From IMG/VR virus record IMGVR_UViG_3300035522_000179, positions 32,001-96,000 of that record: DNA of 64,000 bases; one strand, written 5' to 3'. A program made the translations under genes and the position numbers. The DNA is from a virus (lineage: Duplodnaviria > Caudoviricetes). This document shows positions 56,728 through 64,000 of this stretch, piece by piece. Positions within the stretch are counted from its first letter, which is position 1; each line of letters begins with the position of its first letter. The notes under the pieces were generated by a model. It made no database searches and had not been told where the DNA came from. It was given only the letters and a program-made list of their open reading frames with translations.

Positions 56728-56784
56728 AACAAGTACCAACCTTTCTTAAAGATTTTAAGTATTTACGTTATTGTTTTTCTTCTT

Positions 56785-57372
56785 TTACGCAATTGAAATT
56801 GTAATGCAACGCGTATTCCCATCCCAAGCCACTTTATATCCTTTTTCTGTCAATGTCTCAATGATTCGTTTGGATCTGGTAACAATGTAAGCATCTGGGA
56901 GAGAATACGTCAAATGTGTGAAATCTTTAAACACAACGCTTTCTCCCTTTTCAAAAGATTCAGATTCCTTTAAGAGTAATTCATTGATGTCATTGTAAAT
57001 CTTTTTGTCTGTGATCTCAATGCATTTGATTGCGAGAGAAGCATTGATAATAATCTTTGTTTCGTTATTTTCTTTTTTCGTCCCATAATAGACCTCAGGA
57101 TACGCATAGAAATTTTTATGAAACAAGGAATACAAAGCAGCATCTATAATACCATAAATATCTTTCGGAACTAATGGGGGATGAATTTCGTACTCATAGA
57201 TCTCCTTTGGAACATCAGAAGATAAAGTTTCAGACAATAAGTTGTGTAGAAAATCATTGATAATATTCGATGCCGTATTCATTTTTAGTTTTACTTCACT
57301 ATCATGATCATCCAAGTTATGGTCCACTTTTACGAGTTCCTCGGGAGTACTAATATTTTCCAAGTCAAACAT
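56785..57372 (-). CDS. Hypothetical protein
   Basis: AAGGGTG RBS. Confidence 0.6.
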   Translation of the reverse strand: MFDLENISTPEELVKVDHNLDDHDSEVKLKMNTASNIINDFLHNLLSETLSSDVPKEIYEYEIHPPLVPKDIYGIIDAALYSLFHKNFYAYPEVYYGTKKENNETKIIINASLAIKCIEITDKKIYNDINELLLKESESFEKGESVVFKDFTHLTYSLPDAYIVTRSKRIIETLTEKGYKVAWDGNTRCITISIA

Positions 57373-57464
57373 AGTATCACCCTTCTTTTTCTTTTTATAT
57401 TTTTTCCTTAAAGAAATGTGTGCGTTAGAAAAATAAAAAAGTAATCAGAGGTAAACAGAATAGT

Positions 57465-57568
57465 AAGCGATGAAAATCGCGATAGAAAATACCCGTTCAA
57501 ACTGATTATTTAGTGTGAAACACCCAAAGACCCCAACTACTAGAACCCCTAGTAGTTGGGGTCTTCCC
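57465..57568 (+). ncRNA. Candidate ~100-nt late small RNA
   Basis: AACA-N6-TA at 57454-57465, GCGAT-GAAA-ATCGC hairpin, strong stem at 57527-57565, no credible ORF. Confidence 0.4.
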
Positions 57569-57623
57569 TATTTTTATACCAAAAAACAATCCCTTAATAC
57601 GGTTTAAGAAAGTAGGTGAAAGA

Positions 57624-60600
57624 ATGGCTTCAAATACATGGAAACCATACGAAGGTCTTCCTCATACCCTTGAGGAACTTTTAAAAGAAACTGAAATCAA
57701 TAACTCTTTTGTTGATAGTGCGGTTACGAATCAACTGACAAGTACTATGGAATCCTCCTTTGCTTATCTTTATAAGATGCAGAAAGATTCCGTAAGATTT
57801 AAACAGTATCATTTTCAGACAAGAGAGTTTTTACTCAATACGACTTATTCTGATATCCAAAACAATTTAAAGATTTTTGGAGATCAATTGATGGAACTTG
57901 AAAAACAAGAAGACCCGGATCCCGAAGAGATTGCAAAGATAAAAAGAAAGATTGCAGATCTTGGAGAAGTAAGATTTGGGGATTTGTATCTTGATGAGAA
58001 AAGACAAGTTTCCATAATGGTAGATTATGATATTCTGGATTCTGATACGAGAGAAAGATTTCGAGTTTCTTCTTATTATAAAGAAGAAACCCCTTTAACA
58101 ACTCTGATCAAAGAAAAGAATATCTTTCGAATGATTCCTATCGCAATTATAGATAGCGAAGTAAAAATGAATATCAAGATAAAACCTTTGGAACAGGGAA
58201 CAAAAATTATCTTTCCAGATATGAGTGCGAAAGATGTGTATACAAAGATTGAGTCTCAGCAGTTCCATGATGTTTGTATTTTCTTTATTCCAAATGCTTA
58301 TGTAGGATTTGCAAATGCAACCAGCAAAGACGTGTTAACTGGAAAGTTACCAATCATTTCTGGAATGGATAAATTGGAAAAACCAGGATTATGGTTTAGT
58401 GCAATTGATTGTGGAGATTCTCAATCCCATTTGATTCCAACCACAATCGAAGATGGATATATGAATTTGGAATTGGATAATGCTACAAAAGAGTTAGTAT
58501 CGGATGTCACTTCCATTTCCATTGCTGCGATCTTTATACAGAATATGAGAGTTCATAATTATTGCTCTTCCGATGGAACTGTTCCGGTTTCACTTAAGAC
58601 CTATACTACAGAAGAAGAACAGGATAAAATTCCAGAATCAGAGTTCTTCGTTCCTTCTTACGATGGAAACGTTCTTCCAATGCCAGTTCCGGAAGATAAG
58701 TTCTTTATCTTTAAAGCAGTTTATGATGGAACGACCGTTGGATATTATGAGCCTTCTTATGAAACCACTGTTACTCTTTACTATCCGAATATCTATCGTA
58801 TTTCGGATATTAATTTAGCCGCTGATTCTAGATATCGAGTTTATTATTTCTATGAAGAAATGAGTGATATTCGTTATACACCGTTGTTTGATTTTTACTG
58901 GGAGTATATGAAGTATCACTATGATAATAAACTTAGTATTGAAGAAATCATCAATACGGTTTACTTTAATAAAGAAGGATATGATTTAAACTATTCGGTT
59001 TCTGATAAAGAAACGGATCCGAAAACACTTGCAAAGAAAAAGTTAACTGGAGATATGTTAACAGATTTCTATTCATTATTTGAAAAGATGATGGAGTATT
59101 GTGACTATAAGTATGAGTATGGTACTCCGGATTTCATGACCCAGTATGTGGGAGATGAGATTCCTCTACAGTATAAAATTGCTCGCATGAATGAATTTAT
59201 CAAAGCAGACTGGACAACACTTCCTAAGTATGTAAGAAATGAAAAGAAGACAGGTAAGCTCTATCACTTCTTTACCAACACCATTAACTTAAAAGGAAGA
59301 TTTCGAAGATCTACTCGATTTGAAGATCATGAATCAACTCCTTTTATGTTTGCAGATGGGTGTGTAAAATGTGATGCTTCTGATCCAAATGCTTTCCTTG
59401 TTGTAGATTCTGCTTCTTATGATATTACTTATGAAGTAAACATCAATGATGTGAAATGGATCCTTCCTAGTGCAGAAGTAGGAGATTATGTATCCTTTAC
59501 GAATCTGGATGACAAATATGTCTTTGCATTCAAAAACGACAGTGGAACCAAATCTCTTGATTTGAAAATTTTCATTGACGGAATTATTTGTTCCAATGTA
59601 TCTGTCGTTCACAGTCTTGGTGTAGATTATATTTATCTTCCCGTTTCCATGATCGGTGAGAATACGTATATCATGATGGAAAGAGAATATACGATGGCAA
59701 CTCCTCAGGTAGTGGAGTTATCCTTTACGGATGCTTATGAATGGAAGACAATTCATCTGATTGAATATGAGAACCTTCAGTATACTATGAACGATATCAC
59801 CGTTTATATGAATAATGAGATTTTGGATAAGGATTCTTATACGGGAAAATTAGCAAGAACTCAAGTCGATTATTTTATGGAAGATAAGAGACATGAAGTC
59901 GTAAATAAATACGGAATTGTAACCGATGTAAATATTCAACTTTCTGGAATCAAAGAATTCCCTGCAACAATTCGTGTTGTGATTAATAAGAGATCTTTTA
60001 TTTCTTATGGAGTTGCAAATAGAAATGGGTATCCGAGATTTGATTTAACTTCGTTAGCAATTGCACCAGATGTAAAACAAGGAAGGATGTATTTTAAAGG
60101 AAGACTTGCTCCAAAGGAGACCTTCCGACTTGTTACCAGTGCAGGAAGAAATTATATTCAGTCAAGGGTATTTTGCGAAAAAGGAGATTCTTATTTCTTC
60201 GAGTTTTCTCCTTATGCAAAAGAAGTCGTTTGTGAAGTGGATGAATTTGATCCTGATGAAATCTTTGACTTTAGTAAATATATTGACAAACCAATTGACC
60301 CGGAATACTATGAAGTATTTGTAAACGGAAGAAGATTGGGACTTCCAAACCTTTTTGCTTTTGGTCCTTACCATGGAGTATTCCGTGGACTTAATAGTAA
60401 AAACTCTTTGGTGATCTATGAAAGAGAAAGAGATTTTGAATACTTCGGATTTTCCAAAGTAGAAGCAGGATTTGATGAAGATTCGCTCTTTTTCTATGTT
60501 CCGAATGATCTTCTTCATCATAGTTTCATGACAGAAGCGGAAGCAAAAAAGATTGTAAATCGGTATATTGAAACGGTAAAGAATCCAAATGCAATTATCA

Positions 60601-60944
60601 AAGAAAATGAGATATCAGAAGAACCCATTACGTTTGATATTGAAGACGGATTATTAGAAGAGATGAAGATCTTCTTCTTTGAAGAGTTGTTACCTCTTGG
60701 TCTTGCAAATTCAGACACGGTACAATTTAATAAGCTCTACCTCTCAGAAGTATTCCCGAATCTTGCAAAGGAATTCTTGGTTGAGGGAGAAGAGGATGAT
60801 CCAGATACGATTTATTTAAATCCAGATGTGACTGCAAGAATTTATGATAGTCAGACAAATGATTATGAAATCATTCCTACATCGGAAGCAGACCCGGAGA
60901 AAGAGTTTGTCATGCTTATGGGAGAATCTGGAGTAAAAAATTAA
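57624..60944 (+). CDS. Large virion structural protein (tail/baseplate-associated)
   Basis: 1106 aa, beta-rich, late motif at 57585-57596. Confidence 0.65.
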   Translation: MASNTWKPYEGLPHTLEELLKETEINNSFVDSAVTNQLTSTMESSFAYLYKMQKDSVRFKQYHFQTREFLLNTTYSDIQNNLKIFGDQLMELEKQEDPDPEEIAKIKRKIADLGEVRFGDLYLDEKRQVSIMVDYDILDSDTRERFRVSSYYKEETPLTTLIKEKNIFRMIPIAIIDSEVKMNIKIKPLEQGTKIIFPDMSAKDVYTKIESQQFHDVCIFFIPNAYVGFANATSKDVLTGKLPIISGMDKLEKPGLWFSAIDCGDSQSHLIPTTIEDGYMNLELDNATKELVSDVTSISIAAIFIQNMRVHNYCSSDGTVPVSLKTYTTEEEQDKIPESEFFVPSYDGNVLPMPVPEDKFFIFKAVYDGTTVGYYEPSYETTVTLYYPNIYRISDINLAADSRYRVYYFYEEMSDIRYTPLFDFYWEYMKYHYDNKLSIEEIINTVYFNKEGYDLNYSVSDKETDPKTLAKKKLTGDMLTDFYSLFEKMMEYCDYKYEYGTPDFMTQYVGDEIPLQYKIARMNEFIKADWTTLPKYVRNEKKTGKLYHFFTNTINLKGRFRRSTRFEDHESTPFMFADGCVKCDASDPNAFLVVDSASYDITYEVNINDVKWILPSAEVGDYVSFTNLDDKYVFAFKNDSGTKSLDLKIFIDGIICSNVSVVHSLGVDYIYLPVSMIGENTYIMMEREYTMATPQVVELSFTDAYEWKTIHLIEYENLQYTMNDITVYMNNEILDKDSYTGKLARTQVDYFMEDKRHEVVNKYGIVTDVNIQLSGIKEFPATIRVVINKRSFISYGVANRNGYPRFDLTSLAIAPDVKQGRMYFKGRLAPKETFRLVTSAGRNYIQSRVFCEKGDSYFFEFSPYAKEVVCEVDEFDPDEIFDFSKYIDKPIDPEYYEVFVNGRRLGLPNLFAFGPYHGVFRGLNSKNSLVIYERERDFEYFGFSKVEAGFDEDSLFFYVPNDLLHHSFMTEAEAKKIVNRYIETVKNPNAIIKENEISEEPITFDIEDGLLEEMKIFFFEELLPLGLANSDTVQFNKLYLSEVFPNLAKEFLVEGEEDDPDTIYLNPDVTARIYDSQTNDYEIIPTSEADPEKEFVMLMGESGVKN

Positions 60945-60961
60945 AGAAGGAGTAAAAGAAT

Positions 60962-62197
60962 ATGGAAGTTTATGATTCCGACGTAAGATACGGTTCGTCG
61001 TTTCTTTCTGTATCGAATAATAGACAGAGTGCACCTGGTGAAGTAATGACCGATAAACTCACTGGTGAGATTTATATCAAAAGACCGTCTGATGGAAAAA
61101 TTGTAAGCTTTAAGCAAAAATCCCAGACGGTTTATCAAACGATTGAAGAATTTGATATTCAGTTTCAATCTTCCCAAGGATTTAAGTATCCTCGAACAAA
61201 AGGAGCTTTTTTACTTGGTACAAAACTGAATGTTGATGAAATGAAAGCAGAAGATAATCAAAGAGATCTTTTGCAAAATAACTATTCCTTCGGTGAAAAC
61301 GTTGGATCCGAAGAGGATTTAAGATTGGATTTGTCTACCAAAACAAATGGGTTTTTCATTAAGCCGATTACTCGTAATGGTGACCGTTTGAGTTGTGGAT
61401 ACCTATCTGGACTATTCCTGGAACAGGAAAATGCGGACTTCAAGAGCAATGTGAGAAACTTTACGGATTGGTTAGATCTTTCCACACTTTATGAGTCACC
61501 GTATAATTATACAGAGTGGAAAAAATTAGATCAGTGGGAACAGAGCACTGGAATTGTAGAGTATACAATTACCACGGTTGGAACGGATTCCAATGGAAAA
61601 GTAATCACGAATGTAAAAGATGGGGTTGCTACCATAAAGCTCAATGAGTATACCGTTGTTCGATTCCCGGAAGACTATGCGGAAGAGTTGGAAAATATCA
61701 TATCCATCCAGGCAGTTATTACAAAACTTCGTTTCCCGAAGTTACAGTATGAAAGGTATATCAATACAGAGCCTACTGCAGCCAGTGGGATCGATCCTAC
61801 ATTAACACAGCTTTTGGAGCCGGATAATAAGGTGGTCCTTACATCCATTGATACCCTTTACTTTATCGATTCCGCTTCAGAACTTCCAAGCAATCAATCC
61901 ATTATTATCAACCAGATTGTGGATACCGTATTCTTGGAAGAGGCAATGGTTGAGTTATCAAATGCAAATGGTTCGAAATCAGTACAGTCTTATGAAGAAG
62001 AGCCTTCTTCATTTCCTACGGATACCGTATGGGCAGAAGAGATAAGAACCGTGAATGCCGATGGAGAATCAGAAGAAACCTCTTCTACTACAAAATTTGA
62101 AGATTTGGAAAAGAATCTGTATCATGATACCGAAGATGTTGTGGAACTTACGTATCAGATGGAAGATCCTACCAATCTTTATTTTGTTGAAATTTAA
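60962..62197 (+). CDS. Putative virion structural protein
   Basis: AAGGAG RBS; downstream in the same late gene run. Confidence 0.6.
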   Translation: MEVYDSDVRYGSSFLSVSNNRQSAPGEVMTDKLTGEIYIKRPSDGKIVSFKQKSQTVYQTIEEFDIQFQSSQGFKYPRTKGAFLLGTKLNVDEMKAEDNQRDLLQNNYSFGENVGSEEDLRLDLSTKTNGFFIKPITRNGDRLSCGYLSGLFLEQENADFKSNVRNFTDWLDLSTLYESPYNYTEWKKLDQWEQSTGIVEYTITTVGTDSNGKVITNVKDGVATIKLNEYTVVRFPEDYAEELENIISIQAVITKLRFPKLQYERYINTEPTAASGIDPTLTQLLEPDNKVVLTSIDTLYFIDSASELPSNQSIIINQIVDTVFLEEAMVELSNANGSKSVQSYEEEPSSFPTDTVWAEEIRTVNADGESEETSSTTKFEDLEKNLYHDTEDVVELTYQMEDPTNLYFVEI

Positions 62198-62209
62198 GGA
62201 GGAGAACTT

Positions 62210-62425
62210 ATGGCTAGTATTACAAATCCGAATAAAAAATATTTGATTGATAACTGCCCGGTAGTCACCATAAATAGTAGTTCGTCAGATCATCCTGAAG
62301 AGTTTGATGAGTATCCGAATTTGTTTGCCATCGAACTGTTCAATGATACGGCAACTGCGGCAGAAGCAGAGTCCGAAAATAACCCAGTTCCCATGTATCA
62401 TACCGGGAACATCAAAAACAACTAA
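62210..62425 (+). CDS. Small hypothetical late protein
   Basis: AAGGAGG RBS. Confidence 0.55.
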   Translation: MASITNPNKKYLIDNCPVVTINSSSSDHPEEFDEYPNLFAIELFNDTATAAEAESENNPVPMYHTGNIKNN

Positions 62426-62438
62426 GGGGGATTTTTGA

Positions 62439-62675
62439 ATGGATAACTTTATAAAAGACGTGGTTTTACACGTAAAAACAAAACTGGAAGACGTAGGAAT
62501 CGTGAAAAAAACAATCTATCCCATTACACGGTGGGAAGATGTTTTAGGAGCTCCTAGACTTTTAGATCAAAACAGTATCGACGAAGCTTATCCTTCGGAG
62601 TACGCATTTTATAATGTGGAAGATATTACGATCTCCGATGAGGAATACAAAGCTTGTTTTAAAGATATCATTTAA
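62439..62675 (+). CDS. Small hypothetical late protein, possibly tail-fibre associated
   Basis: AAGGGGG RBS; IYPITRWEDV motif; hairpin terminator follows. Confidence 0.5.
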   Translation: MDNFIKDVVLHVKTKLEDVGIVKKTIYPITRWEDVLGAPRLLDQNSIDEAYPSEYAFYNVEDITISDEEYKACFKDII

Positions 62676-62767
62676 GACGATTGTGACAGTAACTTCTAAT
62701 TTAAAGAAGTTACTGTCACATTTTATTCATATATTATTTACTTGAATAACTTGGAGGTTAATTATAA

Positions 62768-63043
62768 ATGAAAAATGTTTATTATGATGGGATGATTGAT
62801 GTTAATTATATTATAGAAAAAGAAGCATCCCTTCCATCTGATATATTCCGATATAATCAATGTATTATATCACTTGAAGAAATTAGAATGAATGTGGAAA
62901 GATTAGAACCATATGATTTCGGTACTAATTTAAATTTGAAAGTTGAACCGGATACACACTTCTCAGTTGGGAATCGCCTTATCGATCGAGGATACATTAC
63001 ATATGAATTGATTCAGATTGCAAACGAATTGGATCCTTATTAA
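62768..63043 (+). CDS. Hypothetical early protein
   Basis: Early motif at 62729, GGAGGT RBS. Confidence 0.6.
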   Translation: MKNVYYDGMIDVNYIIEKEASLPSDIFRYNQCIISLEEIRMNVERLEPYDFGTNLNLKVEPDTHFSVGNRLIDRGYITYELIQIANELDPY

Positions 63044-63054
63044 AAGGAGGAAAG

Positions 63055-63414
63055 ATGAAAAAAGCTAGTTTAAATAAAGATCTTAATAGTATTTTACAAC
63101 AGTCTCGAGCATTTGATCATAAGCGATCAATTTATATAGATTTAGCTCATGACTTATACCATCCGATTGATATGGATGATGCGGATTATAGATATAAAAT
63201 ATTTGATTTTACACATCCTTCTATTCATGACGAAAGATTTAAATATGAGGTACTTCGTATCGAAGACGAATTCATTGATGAAGAACGGCGTAAGAATGAT
63301 TTTTCTTACAATAAACTGATGGTAGAAATTGTTTCGAATCATTTTACCAAATCAAGAATTGAAGATTCGTATATATTAGTAGAAAAATCTAAAGAAAAGG
63401 AGAAGGATAAATGA
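63055..63414 (+). CDS. Hypothetical early protein
   Basis: AAGGAGG RBS. Confidence 0.6.
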   Translation: MKKASLNKDLNSILQQSRAFDHKRSIYIDLAHDLYHPIDMDDADYRYKIFDFTHPSIHDERFKYEVLRIEDEFIDEERRKNDFSYNKLMVEIVSNHFTKSRIEDSYILVEKSKEKEKDK

Positions 63415-63785
63415 AAGATTTTATGAAACCAATTGCAAATGAATTATTACAACAACACCTAGAAGAATCTTCTGATCCTGATCCAAGGGAGATTACAGAG
63501 CCATCTATATATTCTAATTGTCGTCGTATGTATTCACGGTTGAAGACAGATGGGAACGATGGGGAAGAATTTTTATCAGAAGAGATTCATAAAACCGGGG
63601 AAAGGAATGAACTACTATTTCAAAAAGGAGTTGTTCATCCTCAAAAAATGGTTGAATGGGAGCACAGAACCTACCGGAATGACCCAACAATTGACGTTCT
63701 CACTGGTATCATTGTGGACCCTGTGGTGATGGATGACAATGAATATGATGAATGGGATGACGAGGATGAGGATGATGAAGAATGA
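63411..63785 (+). CDS. Hypothetical early protein
   Basis: ATGA overlap with the upstream gene. Confidence 0.6.
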   Translation: MKDFMKPIANELLQQHLEESSDPDPREITEPSIYSNCRRMYSRLKTDGNDGEEFLSEEIHKTGERNELLFQKGVVHPQKMVEWEHRTYRNDPTIDVLTGIIVDPVVMDDNEYDEWDDEDEDDEE

Positions 63786-64000
63786 AGATATATTTGTTTT
63801 ACTTTCGAGATAAGAACGATAAAAGAAATTTAGAGCCGATCCTTTATGCTTATACAAACGATGAAGAGTTAGCAGAAGGATTTCGAAATTTCAGAGACAT
63901 GAAAAAGTTTCTGGAAACAGAACGAGATCTTAGTAAAGATCAGTACAAAGATTTTCAAAGAACTTACCCCTCCAATCAATTAACCTTATCGGAACTAGAT
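63782..64000 (+). CDS. 5' part of a hypothetical protein (MKIYLFYFRD...), runs off window
   Basis: ATGA overlap; frame open to the window end. Confidence 0.55.
   Translation, partial: MKIYLFYFRDKNDKRNLEPILYAYTNDEELAEGFRNFRDMKKFLETERDLSKDQYKDFQRTYPSNQLTLSELD

Noticed and set aside
1-64000. Alternative genetic code (stop-codon reassignment)
   Set aside because: Standard-code ORFs tile the window densely, including an 11.5-kb gene, and TAA, TAG and TGA all end plausible genes.

Overview
AT-rich segment of a jumbo myophage genome of the phiKZ/AR9(PBS1)-like lineage. The host is probably a Firmicute (inferred from strong GGAGG/AAGGA Shine-Dalgarno sites and Gram-positive-type wall hydrolase domains). 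Recognisable genes: terminase large subunit, GroEL-like chaperonin, a probable RNA polymerase beta'-C subunit, a candidate sigma-like nvRNAP subunit split by a group I intron carrying an HNH endonuclease, a primase-like protein, a probable SSB, a RusA-like resolvase, ThyA, dUTPase, a membrane-domain-DHFR fusion, an ABC exporter, baseplate proteins and a ~3,840-aa tape-measure/lysin. Two promoter motifs recur in intergenic regions: AACA-N6-TA (late) and ATATAYYAT-N5-TGAA (early). The most unusual region is 1.1-12.3 kb. About ten genes there share an N-terminal M-x-x-F-D/T leader and/or a C-terminal IYESCRYGEISEEERDLLLEMI tag around variable cores. They are interleaved with four identical 44-bp palindromes (directional AA/TT core) and identical DNA modules, and one two-gene unit looks like an integrated 1.5-kb circle. 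I interpret this as a candidate cassette-shuffling system for capsid-packaged cargo proteins (inference; no recombinase is visible in the window). Several ORF-less promoter-terminator units suggest small RNAs, including a ~245-nt structured RNA beside the terminase gene. No tRNA, rRNA or CRISPR array was found. All family assignments come from motif recognition by eye, not database searches.
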